A stretch of 64,000 nucleotides of DNA from Octopus vulgaris (lineage: Eukaryota), in contig OX597817.1 in assembly GCA_951406725.2 (NCBI GenBank), forward strand, positions 27,404,001 through 27,468,000, written 5' to 3'. The notes beneath the pieces are model-generated. The model was given only the letters and a program-made list of their open reading frames with translations, had not been told where the DNA came from and made no database searches. The translations under genes were made by a program, and so were the position numbers. Below, one piece after another: positions 41,095 to 54,799 of the stretch (position 1 is its first letter; the number at the start of each line of letters is the position of its first letter).

Positions 41095-41618
41095 GATAGT
41101 GCTGACGTTTGTGATCCTGAGGGTTTATTTATATTAAGCACATTCAGAGATAAGTACCCGTCTCATGACGTTGGTCTCTACCGAGACGACGGATTGGGTA
41201 TTTCCCATGGGTGTGATGGTCACACCGCTGATAGATTTAGAAATCAACTTATATGTATCTTTAATCAATTGGGCCTTAAAATTATAGTAGCTACTAATCT
41301 GTCTATAGTTTATTATTTAGATGTTTCCCAAGATCTGAATTCCTCATATAAGCCTTTCCATACGCCTAATGAGAAACTCGCTTATATACATAAACAGTCT
41401 TGTCACCCTCCTGTAATATTTAAAAACCTAATAGTTAATATTAGCAAGTGTCTAATCTGTCTTCCTCTTAAGTAATGTTCGAGAAAGCATCCCACCTACT
41501 ATAACAATGCTCTAGCCAATAGTGGCTTCGAAGACGAATTAATATAAAACCCCTCTAATATTAATCAGAATAATGATAGATCTAGTGGCATCAAAATAAA
41601 GTAATACATAACCCCTCT
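41095..41618 (+). pseudogene. Penelope-like element reverse transcriptase fragment (Neptune-like)
   Basis: ADVCDPEGLFIL...GLYRDDGL...LGLKI...YLDV...YKPF...YIHKQSCHPP matches Penelope-like RT motifs 4-7 and thumb. Confidence 0.85.
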
Positions 41619-41619
41619 A

Positions 41620-43508
41620 AGCACGTCGAAGATCTGCACCATCCTGAAGAAAAAGGACGAGATCAAGGTTGTTACGATAGCAAAGGGTGTCTCCAGGCTC
41701 TCTAAGCAACACATCTGTCCACGAAAGGATGGAAAAATTGCTTTCTCTTGTGGATCAACGTGAAGCAACTCGCAAGCGATACGATTACGGAGACCATAAT
41801 GGGGGATCTCCTGAAGTAGAAGCCTGGAATATCGACGGAGGAGACATCAGCAGACGTATCTAAGGTCAATTGCAGCTGGTTTGATAATTTCAAGTACAGA
41901 ATTAGTGTTCATAGCGTTGTCAGGTATGGAGTAGCAGCGAGGCAACTGACAGGAAGGCAACTGACAGGAAGGCAACTGACGATTTCGTGAGTGAATACCA
42001 TCAGGTGGGGTACATGGCACAATAGGTATTCAGCTGTGATGAAACTAACCTTTCTTTGGAAAACATGCCCAGAAGAACCTACATAACTGTAGAGGAAAAG
42101 AGAACACCAGGTCACAAGTCTGTAAAAGATAGTCTAACTCACGCCTTGTGTGCCAATGCGAGTGAAGACTTGGAAATTTAGTCGCTCCTTGTCTACCATT
42201 CCGAAAACCCACGAGCGTTCAAGTCACAAAAAATACTGTAGAATCTGCAGGTCTTGTCGAGGGCAAACGTTTAAGCCTGGGTCACCAAGAAATTCTCCTC
42301 CGAGTGGATCAACCTTGTCTTCGGACCAGCAGTGAAAACTTCTGAAGAACAATCTTCCTCTCAAGGCTCTCCTTACCCCCGACTATGCTCCTGCTCACCC
42401 TTCTAAACTTGAAGATGATATCATGGACGGATTTAAATTTATAACAGTTATATACATTTTTCCCGCAACACAGCCCCTGTCTGGCAGCCCAAGGACCAGC
42501 CGTTCAAGAATTTGGACTTCGAGATCTCCATTTCCAGCGACTTCGAGGGCCACCTCCCAGTGGTGTCAGGGGTCAACCAAGAGCCCTCAACTACAACAAG
42601 ACGACCAAAGTTTTTTTTTTCCCAAGGTCTGGGGTCTCCCGCCCTAAGCCCTAGACCATCAACTAACCACCCTTACCCGTCTTGTTGCTTAACAAAAACA
42701 AACCATGGACCAACAGGTGATTTCTAATTTAAGAAATTGTATATCAAATACCTGTTTCGTCAGTGCTTTCAAGTCGCCGAAAATACAAATCTAATCCTTC
42801 GTGAGTTTTAAAGGAAGTACTACAGCATTGTAACCCGCCTGAAAATCATCGTTATGCCATGACAGTGTAACAGAGGACAGTGTTGCGGTGTATGCTATTT
42901 CTACAAGTGGCAAAGTGGCAGTATGTTACTGAATTTGTAGAAAAAAACTCATCTTGAAAAGCAGTTACAGGTTGTGCCGCTGCTTCATTTAATGACTCTA
43001 CTCTGGCGCATTTTCGTAACATTTTGAAAGGCGAGAAAAAGCAGACATCTCGTGATATGTTTCTAATGAAATGACCTGCAAGTGTGAAAAGAGAAGAAAG
43101 TGTATCCAAAAAGCCTAAATTAAGTGGAGAGAGAAAACGCCGAAAATTGTTCTTCATGAAGTCATAATGGAAGGAGATCCTCCTTCCAAACAGCAATCCT
43201 CTTCCACCCCACTCTATCGCCTTTCTCGCGCACAAATCACCCCACCTGTAAGGTAATTCAGTTAATAAAACCAGTTTACATATTTCTTATTCTTTCTCTT
43301 TTTTATAACTGTCATTTTACCTGTAACTGCACCTTTTCTGTTTTTAACCCCATACAAATTTCCTTTTTGGTGGTTTGGGAGGGGGCTAGAACGGATTAAT
43401 TATATTTCAGTTAATTTCAATGGGAAAAGTTGATTTGTAAAACGAGTAAATTGTAAAACGAGCTCTATCATGGAACGAATTAAGCTCGTAGTGCGAGGTA
43501 TGACTATA
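41620..43508 (+). mobile_element. 5'-truncated Tigger/pogo transposon (TIGD1-like transposase pseudogene)
   Basis: ICTILKKKDEIK, EKLLSLWIN, WFDNFK, VFSCDET, MPRRTYITVEEK, LCANASED, LLVYHSENPRAFK, DYAPAHP, MDQQVISNFKKLY; Tigger-like 3' end CTCGTAGTGCGAGGTATGACTA-TA. Confidence 0.9.
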
Positions 43509-43791
43509 TTAGTAGTATTTTAAGACATGCATTGTGTTCTTTAAATAAATAATCGTTGTCTTTCACCAGAGAGAGTATTTTTGTTGCTGAATTTTCTATC
43601 ACGGAACAGTACATTATATATATATATAACCACGGTCCTGTATCCGTGTATGTATGCATGCTCTTCTGTGGGTGTGATATTTGACTACGCTTACAATGAG
43701 AAATAGAACTCTAAATCTAATCTCAGTAGAAAATAAATAGGTGGATAGATAGACAAGGAGAGAGAGAGACAGGGGAAGAGAGAGAGGGAGA

Positions 43792-43838
<47 letters not shown>

Positions 43839-46641
43839 GAAAGTATTGTTGAAGAAGCGACACACATGATGCAAGATATTCTGGAAGTAAATTCGAGAAT
43901 TTAACATCTGCATCATTTCCACTCCGTGATTTCTAATTAATACTCACCATTCTTGTATTGTTTTAAGTAATGCTTCTAAGTGTACAGTTCCTCATTTACA
44001 TTATTGCCCGCTTAAACGAACACAATGAAATGCATTTCTTTCTCTCTCTTCTTCATTTTCTCCTCTTCCTTCAATCTGTGTCACTTCTCTTGTTTTCAAT
44101 GAGAAATCTTTCTCTCCTTTATATCCATGCTTGTCCGCTCTTTGTATATCAAACTTACCTTTTCTTATTTTCTTTGTTTTAATTATCCTTTTACCCCCTG
44201 TTTTGCTTCATCCCATTGTTTTCGCCGTGTATATATTCATTAGTAATCACATAATTACTTGTAAGTGATTGTGTGTGTGTGCATCAATGTACACGTGTGC
44301 GCTTGTAAAGAAAAAAAGGCTTTCTTGTTTTTCCTCTATATAAGCAGTTTTCTGTCTATAAAGTTGCATAGATAGTTATCTAGCAATCCTTTTCTATACC
44401 TATGATCTTACATATGTATCCTTCCGTCTTTCTTGCGAGTTCCATTAGTATTTCTAGACAAATGCTCAGATTAGCATATTCCCCTTCGTGAAACCATAAG
44501 AGTGTTACGGATAGCCGATTATGTTCTTATAGCTTGCTTGTTAAATCAACAGCTTAGGGTCAAGAGATTCAATTAGAGTGGAACTGCAAGTGCGAACTCG
44601 CATAAATAATATTTCTGCTACTTAAATATTCAAAATCTACCCTTCCATTTAAGATCATTTCTATACACATTTCACTTTCAACCGTATCTAATTAAATTCA
44701 CTGAGTGTATGAGTAACACCATTGTCTCATTAATCAGCGAGCAGGTTTAATGTAGCTTAACTGGACACTTGTATGGAGACTCATGCATTTTGTATAGGGC
44801 TAGTGTGTTATCATTAGGGATGGAACACTTATATTGTCGAATGACAGGAAGGAAAATTGGTCTGTGCTGCTCTCATAGCGAGAGCTGAGATAATAGCTGA
44901 GTGATATAGAGATGTAAAGTCTAGAACCCTATGGAAAAGGAGAGAATCATTATTGACAGCATTCATAACGGTGAGCAGCTAAAACAGCTTTTGAATATCA
45001 TTATAATTGGTTGCCATGCAGGATATAAAAAAGGTTGCATTTCGGGTTTTCTACAGACTTATACTTTGATATGAGGTAAAAAAAAATACGCACAACACAC
45101 ACGCCACGCAGCACAAACACGCAGGCACAAACATATATGAAAGATATAAATATATATGTATATATATACATGTTTGCATGCATATTTGTGTGTGTGTGTG
45201 GGCGCGCGTTTATGTATCAATAATATTGTACATATACATATGGATGTAATCGTGTGTATGTGAGTGTGAAATATTGGAACGACACACCCAAATGTTATTT
45301 AAAAGAAATCATGTTGGAAATTTGTTTATCGTATGAAAATATCCTATTTTGTTTTCTTTTATAGTTCATTTCTGTGGAAATGGGAAGCAAAAGAAGGAGC
45401 TACAGCATGCTGGCATGCCTATCTCTTCCCTTAAAAGGTATCTTTTTTTCTTCTTGCAGACGATGGAATGCACCTCTATCACTCAAAAATAGATACACTG
45501 TATCATAATAACACTTCCTCTGTTCTCACTGTCCAGTTTCATTCCTAATGAGGTTATGATAGAATACACTTTCTCTGGTGCTTCATAATTACACTGAATC
45601 ACGAAGCACCTAACAATGAAGTGACTTCATTAGCCATAAGCCAATGCTTGCGCCATTAGGAAGCAGAAAGGTAACCTAAACTATAGATAATCTTTTAGAT
45701 AAAAATCTTATCATGGTTTATATTTGCATATCATATACTCGCGACACGTGTTTTCGTTAATATATTTGTTCTACTTCTTTATCCATCGTAACCTAAATCA
45801 ACTTCAAATTCGATTATGTGTATGTATGCCAAATGTATACTTCGTTCAAAATGCCCCACTGAAACTTAATTTGTAAATAATTATCAAATATCTATATTTT
45901 TAAGTTGGGTTATTTGTGCATTTTTGTATTTTTGTATCTGAAAGGCATTGCACTGAAAATAAATGCATTCCTGCGAGGGATAAAGGGAAATTATATTTGA
46001 AAGTGCAAAATTGTTTTTCAAAACTTATAAAATTGATTTTCTTGGAGATGACACGACAATGTGGTATTTAAAATATCACATTCAGCTTGGTCTTTGCCAT
46101 CTTAGCTTAAAGAAGTTGTCATTGGATTAATTTAGCATATAAATCCATTATCGCCTACAAAGTATACCATCGATAATCAAACAAAAATAACATATGCTCG
46201 ATATAATTTTGTCAATTTATATACACTAGCACTGTTTGATGTTATAGAAACCTTATTAATCGCAGTTATTGTATTAAGAAATGTAGCAGTAGGCATGCTA
46301 CTTTTTATTCTTTACAAGGAATTCTTTAGAAGTCATTGTTGAGTTTTGTTGAATTTCATTAATTGCCTCAATTTCGGTAAAATTAATTTCTGTAATATGA
46401 TTGGATAGAATTAATCGCTATAGAAATACTTCATTTTTATGATTTGCTTTTATAATATTTTTGCTTGCTTCTTGAATATATTTACATATTCTGATATAAA
46501 TAAAATAATTGAATCAGACGAAATAATATGAGATGTGAACGATCAGACGAATTTATTATATTTCCATAAGTGCTATCTTATCTGAGTCATGAAGTGAGCT
46601 GAAAATACAATTGAACTCCTTTATAGAAAAAAATATATTTA

Positions 46642-48670
46642 CCGTATTTTGTGGCATGGTAGACACCTTGATTTTGGATATGGAATTCTAAGAAAAAGGA
46701 TATTATACTTACCAAAGCTCTGTTTCCAAGCGTCGGAGAGGAGGGTCAAACTAAACTAAGCTCTGTTCACTCGATCGGGCTCCAGCAGTAACGCGCTAAA
46801 TGCTTGTTATCAGACAAAATTGGTGGACAAGCTAACGAAGTGCTCATACACGTTGTTGAGAGAAATCACCAGATAATGGCCACCAACCTGGTGGTTTCCT
46901 TCCGAGTATCATTATAGTACATAACACTAAGCACGTTAACTCTACTTAGATTATTCATGTGACACATGATAATCGTTCCACTGCTGCCAACCACCCTATA
47001 CGTACACCGTCCCAGAGGACATTGCCTGATTGTGTAGCGGAGCTTTAACCGACACTCATTATATCGTCAAATTTCAATAAAGCGCTTGTAAAAGATGTAG
47101 GACTATTTCGTATAACACCTATTTTCCCACGTATGTAGCAAATATAGTGTTATAGTTTTTTTAATCTTATCTGTATAACAATGACAAAAAATTATTTTCC
47201 ATTTGTGTAAGTTAAGCAAATGTATACCAGCGTCTATATTTAGTATGAGAAAAGCAATTGTAAAAGTAAAAAAGTCAAAGTCAATTTCATACAAATAAAT
47301 TTAGACACCTGGTAAGTAAAAAAAGATAAAGTACAAAAACATTCATCAAAACCCAAATAATGTCCAGTAAACAACCGCATGTATTATATTTCTCTTCAGT
47401 TTTTCAAAACGCCCCATTTCTCTAAATGTTATAGATCATTAAGGGATGAATCATTATCATCATTGTCATACAACAATGTCTCACACAACAACAAAATGTC
47501 TTCAGTATGTTTCATAGCATTCGAGTTACCGAAGTTTGGAACTATAATTTCAGTTTTAATATCAGACTACGACTTCAGTACCTATTTACGTATTTCTGAT
47601 TTTACTGGACGTTCCATCCTCTTAGTTGACATCATGTCAATACTATCCTCCTTGCTGGTATTTTGTTATTTTCAGATTGGTGATCACTAAACCGATCCCA
47701 TACGAGAAAGGATTGTTTTCATAATTAGCTATCAGGATGCTTGGACCATATTTTTTTAACCATACCTCGACACCTTCTCCATCTATCCATCCCTTGGTTT
47801 CTACCATGGCATGAATTTTATTTGGCAGTTCTGTCTTCGATAATGTTTTTTTTTAATTGAAAATTGATACTGGCAGTCACGTGGTCCTAGTTGGCACAAG
47901 AAGCAAAACCTACCGTGTACTGAATCTTGTCATTCCCAGGTTTTAGGCGTCACTAATTTCTTTCTATTTGCATTTATACTGTTATTAAATGGCACATCAC
48001 AAGTCAAAATCACCCAATCCATATTCCCAATCTGACTGAGTTTAGGAAAACTGTATTCCAGCATGAATAACAAATCTATGCAAATCTTCTCTTCATATTC
48101 TCCGGGCAATATCTGAGTAAAATTTTATTCGCAAACTAAAGTCATTTTGTTTCCTGAAACGAAAGCACCAGCAAGCAGTTATTTTGAAGTTATTCAGTTA
48201 TGTGTTTACTGTCAACCTTTTGCTCATGAAAATGATTATCTGCGTGGTCACCGCATATCTCAAGTTTCCTTGGTCTAATATCCGTTTTAAAGTTTCCTTC
48301 CAAGTATTGCTATTCTGCAGGTACTTTACGAAGATTATGCTACTATTCATTCGACTTTTAAAATTCTTCCAGAAACAGTACAAAGGCAAGGGCAGTGAAA
48401 CTGCAGCAGACTTTTATAAAAAGAACCTATTTATTTATTGAGTAATTTTAATTGGATTTTTAACAAGTACGTTAGTTAAATCAATTATTTTATAGTATAT
48501 AACAGATGAAATGACTAAATAATAGAATAACATATTTGCAATTGGATGATTACAGTTAACGCTCCGAAAACCACAGCAGTCACAAATAAAGTAGCATTGG
48601 GAAACAAAAATGGTAATATTCAAGGTATATTATACAAAAAAAATTGCGTCCTTGACACCACAAAACGCGG
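46642..48670 (-). mobile_element. Decayed pogo-family transposon (POGK-like DDE transposase)
   Basis: Minus-strand QIGNMDWVILTCDVP, GNDKIQYTV, KGWIDGEGVEVWLKK, FLVWDRFSDH; imperfect TIRs CCGTATTTTGTGGCAT (46642) / CCGCGTTTTGTGGTGT (reverse complement, ending 48670). Confidence 0.8.
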
Positions 48671-48811
48671 TCATTAAATTGCTAAGATTTCGAATGATTA
48701 ACGTGGCAAGAGCTTTTCTCTACTTTTCAGTAGAGCTTTCCTTCTGAAGTGTGTGTGTGTGTGTGCTTGTGTGTGTGTATGTAAGTGTGTATGAACATGT
48801 CTCTTGAGCAA

Positions 48812-49029
48812 TTCTCTTCACTCTCTTTACTCTCTTTTACTTGATTTAGTCATGTGACTGCGGCCATGCTGGAGCACTGCCTTTAGTCGAGCAAATCAAT
48901 CCAAGACTTATTGTTTGTAAGCCTAGCACTTATTCTATCGGTCTCTTTTGCCGAACCGTTAAGTTACGGGGACGTAAACACACCAGCATCGGTTGTCAAG
49001 CGATGTTGGGGGGACAAACAGAGACACAA

Positions 49030-49068
<39 letters not shown>

Positions 49069-49246
49069 CATATGCATATATACGACAGGCTTCTTTCAGT
49101 TTCCGTCTATCAAACCCACTCACAAGGCTTTGGTCAGCTCGAAGCTATAGTAGAAGACACATGCCCAAGGTACCACGCAGTGGAACTGAAACCGGAACCA
49201 TGTTGTTCATAAGCAAGCTACTTACCAGACAGCCACTCCTGTGCCT
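48812..49246 (-). mobile_element. Full-length SINE family B
   Basis: Reverse complement is colinear with 29175-29656. Confidence 0.9.
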
Positions 49247-49824
49247 ACATATTTCAACTTTTCTTTTTAAATATTGTTCTATTGTAAAATTGTCTTTACA
49301 TTATTAACGATACTGTTGCTCTTACGATCAAATATCCATATCCGGAGAGAAACTCCTATTCTAATAGCATAATTTTCGAAGGTGGCATTTTAATGTATGA
49401 ATGTAAGACAGCCATCTCTAATCCATTCTGTGTCACTCGTATAAAACGGATAAATGTTATGAAAAACGAAGCATGCATAACTTTCATTAATGTAGCATGA
49501 ACGCTGTAATATTATTTTCGCTGTCTTACGTAACGTGTTTGAATGTGTGTGTGTGTGTGTGTGTGTGTGTCTGTGTGCAATATTGATGTCAGAAGAATTT
49601 TATCAATATTTAAGAGAACAGGAAATAATTCTTCATTGGTTCATTGGCTCGCGTGTCACATTACATAATGCTGTAAATATGAGCATGCAAAGATTGGGTT
49701 GAAGAACTTTTCAGAATAGAAAAAGCCGAAGACTGCCAATGGGACTCGAATGCACACATCTGTCTTGTGTACAACCCAATGGCGTTATGTGATGTGCCTC
49801 GAGAGTCAATGTTCCAAAAACGAA

Positions 49825-50065
49825 TATGTGTGTCTTCGTGCGTTTGTGTGTGTATATGTGTCTTTGCGTCTGTGTTTATCCCCTCATCACCGTTTCACAA
49901 CCGGTGTTTGTATGTTTACGTATCCATAACTTAGCGGTTAGAATAAGTACTTAGATTAAAAAATAAGTCCTGGTGTCGATTTGTTTACCTGCAACGGTTC
50001 AAGGCGGTGCTCCAGCATGGCCGCACTCAAATTACTAACACAAGAGAAGGAATAAAAGGAAGAAT
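49825..50065 (+). mobile_element. SINE family B 3' part, diverged, followed by (TACA)n 50066-50236
   Basis: GGCGGTGCTCCAGCATGGCCGCA and AATAAGTCCTGG blocks. Confidence 0.75.
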
Positions 50066-50798
50066 ATATACACACATGCATACATACATACATACATACA
50101 CACACATTCCTACACACATACACACATACACACATACATACATACACACATACATACATACACACATACATACATATATACATACATACACACATACATA
50201 CATACATACATACATACATACATACATACATACATAGTATTTAAAATCCTCATTGAAAGGATTAGAGAATGTTACTAATAGAATAAAGTCATCTTATAGG
50301 CAATACTATAATAAATTTTCGTCCTTTTGCGCATGAGTCCATATAGTATTAGAGATAACATAGGCTTTGACACATCTAGAATCTTTAATGCAAGTGATAT
50401 GTATATACGTATGGTTTGCCTAAGCAGAATGCGTCATATACCTTCCTTAAAATTTGATGTTTTGACTAATTAGAAGAAATTTATATTTCTAGTGGATGAG
50501 TAACTGTCATAGCCGAGACTTAAACCAGTTCCAAAGCAGTGACAAGCCGATCTTACGTAAAATGATTACCAAATTGTTAAGTCACTGTATTCTTGTTAGC
50601 TCATACCAAGATTATATTCGGATTACATAGCATCGGAATTATAATAATTTATAGTCTATGGTTATAAATTTCAAAGGATCTCGCTTACGCACGAACATGA
50701 TTATCATAGGTCGACAGATAAGAGATGAGTGTTAAAGAAACGCCGAGAGAGAGAGAGACAGAGAGAGAGACAGAGAGACAGAGACAGAGAGAGACAGA

Positions 50799-50829
<31 letters not shown>

Positions 50830-51504
50830 ACGGACAGGCAGACATGCAGGCAGATATGCAGGCAGATAGGCAGGCAGGCAAAGGGGAAGACAGATAATGA
50901 TAGAGATTTAAGTTTTACACGAACTGTAGAGTTAATATAAGCTTTTACGTTCAGACGTTTGTATTATGACTGGCTTTCTAACAATATGGAATGAGTATTC
51001 AATTTGAACATTAAATCTATTTTTTTCAGATTGATTTGTCAAAAGAGAAAGGACAGCGTCAACTACTCTTCTTTTCTGAACTGTATAAGCTTGTGAGAAA
51101 AAGTGGGATATTTATCCCCAGGCCAAAACCAAGGAGCTGAGTCAACCAAAAACGGAATAAGACAGACTGCCACTAAAACGGACTTGCACAGTGCTGGCTA
51201 CTAAATTGAGATCCAGCCTCAAACCAAGTACATGTACCCCTTAAGCTCACAGATATATTTGCGTCCAAACAGAAATTAGATACTGCTTCAATATATTGTG
51301 TAATGTATATTGAAGGTGCACTAAAATATTTAAGAAATGTGTAAGATGTGTAAGAGGATTAGAAACAAATAATTTCTTAACAAACATGTCTCCTGTCAAG
51401 TGTATATATATATATATACATATATAGTTATGCTTAGAACTGAGATACTCTCTCTTTATACAAACACACACACACACACACACATATATATAATATATAT
51501 ATAT

Positions 51505-51917
<413 letters not shown>

Positions 51918-51926
51918 TATAGAAGG

Positions 51927-51977
51927 AGCTTCTACAGGATTAGTACTGTTTCATTCAAGAGAAATCTTCAGGAAGCT
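51927..51977 (-). ncRNA. Type I hammerhead ribozyme motif within a short inverted repeat
   Basis: AGCTTC-CTGAAGA-tTTCtcttGAAt-GAAACAG-tactaatc-CTGTA-GAAGCT: 6-bp stem I, 4-bp stem III, GUA triplet. Confidence 0.7.
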
Positions 51978-52075
51978 AATCCTGTAGAAGCTCCTTCTAT
52001 ATAATAAATTAATTTTACTCTGCTATGTATTGAGTACCTTACTTACTGTGGTTAACCCCGAATCAACCCGGGACC

Positions 52076-52121
<46 letters not shown>

Positions 52122-53462
52122 GAGAGAGAGAGAGAGTAGTTATAAGAGGTCATGGTATCGATAAGACCCAAAGGTGTCGGGTAATGCTGAGTAAGTACTA
52201 TGGTAAGTACTATGCTCCAGTTTCAGTGATTAAGCGAATAAGGAGTCCAACATAGGTTATATATCAGCATGTGTATATATTGAATGTTTTTTCAGAATGA
52301 GATAAAAAACGAAGGGTGTGAAGATTTTAGAACATTTATAAATAGGAGATATTTTATATACCCCTTCATTGGAGACTATGTGAGAAGATGATTAAGCAAT
52401 AGTTAAATTAGATAAGATATGAAATAGAGAGTGAAGAGGAGGAATGAAAATAGATGTGAGATATGCAGGGATATTGCATTTGTAGATGTATTATTTAGGC
52501 AGAATGGTATACATATAAGATTCCAATACCTTGTGAGTAAATTCCAGTAGTATCTAAAATTGGTCATTCCAAGTATAGAGTTTGTACACAGTGCTATTGA
52601 ATCGAGGGTTTATTTAAAGTAACCTAAAAGTAGGGAATGTATTTGTAAGGACAAACCGAAAATAAGAGAGGAATAAAGAAAAAAGAAAAAGAAAAGCAAG
52701 GAGAGATAGTAAAGAGATGAAGAGAGGGAAAGCGTACCAGTTAGAGGTCAGTCAATATAAATTAATAGTAGTAAGGGGGAGGTGAGGGTGACAGAGAGAG
52801 AGAAGGATATGGAAGTATAAAAAGATAATAGGGTAAAGAGTAAAGGAGTGTCAGATAGAAGAAATGGGGTGGTAACGGAGAGAGAGGTATAATAGTGTAA
52901 AAATAAAAGAAGTGTCGGCCATGTAGGGATAGAGCCTAAGTGATGTGGTACAAGGGGGGGTAGGGGTAGTAATATGGTTGGATAGATCAGTGCTTAGTAG
53001 TAGAAGAAAATATATATGTTAAGATGTATACACATGCATATATATATATACATACATACATACAGATATTTAAACATATCAACATCTACACACAACTCAT
53101 ACTCAAATGTATATGTACGTATGTATACCCATATATACGTATATCTGTATGTATTATCGCCCCTGCTCAAGCAGGTATATATTCCTTGCATACATACATT
53201 CACACATACACACATACACACATACATACACACATATGTATGCACCCACATACACATGAATATAATTAGATGGATGTGATATTCGAGGAATTAGAGATTA
53301 GGATTTAAACTGTAGATTTATAAGGTTATTGGAATTACCAAAGGGATATTGTGGAAATATACTGTATGGTCATTTAGGCATTTGGATTTGTGGTAGAATT
53401 TGAATGTGTGAATTTTAATATATATATATATATATATACACATGTATACATATATATATAAA

Positions 53463-53506
53463 TAGATAGATAGATAGACAGATAGTTAGATAGATAGACA
53501 GACCGT

Positions 53507-53597
<91 letters not shown>

Positions 53598-53610
53598 GAG
53601 ATATAGATAG
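53463..53610. repeat. (AGAT)n microsatellite
   Basis: Direct reading. Confidence 0.95.
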
Positions 53611-54169
53611 AGATCACAGATAATTTAGATGTAGAAAAAATTGTAATCAACTTATCTTAACGCAGTTCACATATTTTATTATATGTATCTTACATGGATT
53701 TTAATTGGTGTATGCTGATGATAAAAATATGTACCAATATGGTTATTTGTGCGTGAAATCCACCCCGTTAGGGATTTTGTTCTCTCAGCTGCTTATAGTC
53801 CATGGAAACGGGGAGTAAGCGGTGATCATATGAGCTTGCAGACTCAAAATTAGCATAAATGTATGGTGATGATGATGGCCTTCAAATGGAAGAATGGATA
53901 GAGAAATTAATTTCAGCTTTCAATGTTTCCTATTCTCTCTGCTCGGAACCGATTGAGAATATTATTTCATATCTGTAGGGAGTCTACATTTTCTATTATG
54001 TTCAGTCATAGGAGTGAAGCCATGTTTAGACTAAGCCATCAGTAATTTCAGTTGATTATATTAATCCATTGCTGAAGTCAGATTATTGGTCTGCATTTAT
54101 CGAATTACTAAGCAATTTCTTTCGTCATCGGTATACCTGTTTATGACAGTAACGTTAGTGACGGACATA

Positions 54170-54319
54170 AACAAAAAACTGCTCTTGTCAATTCGGAGCT
54201 TGTAATTACTTCTCAGGGTTTCTTCCTAGGTGCTGTATATCAGTGCCTCAGTGCATCCTTTCAGAGCACTTTTCCTTAGCCATCTCCAGATGTTGGCATT
54301 GTTTTTTCCTTCAATTTTC
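54170..54319 (-). mobile_element. R4/Dong retrotransposon internal fragment
   Basis: NIWRWLRKSALKGCTEALIYST*EETLRSNY, homologous to SQQWLRSSGLKAETEGFLIAAQDQSLPTRNY in the large element. Confidence 0.7.
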
Positions 54320-54403
<84 letters not shown>

Positions 54404-54426
54404 CATAATTATTATTATCATTGTTG

Positions 54427-54732
<306 letters not shown>

Positions 54733-54755
54733 CATCATTATTATTATCATTGTTG

Positions 54756-54795
<40 letters not shown>

Positions 54796-54799
<4 letters not shown>

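Noticed and set aside
45365-51140. Plus-strand exon candidates (45365-45437, 45460 onward, 51030-51140)
   Set aside because: Good acceptors, but no recognisable protein and no consistent multi-exon frame.
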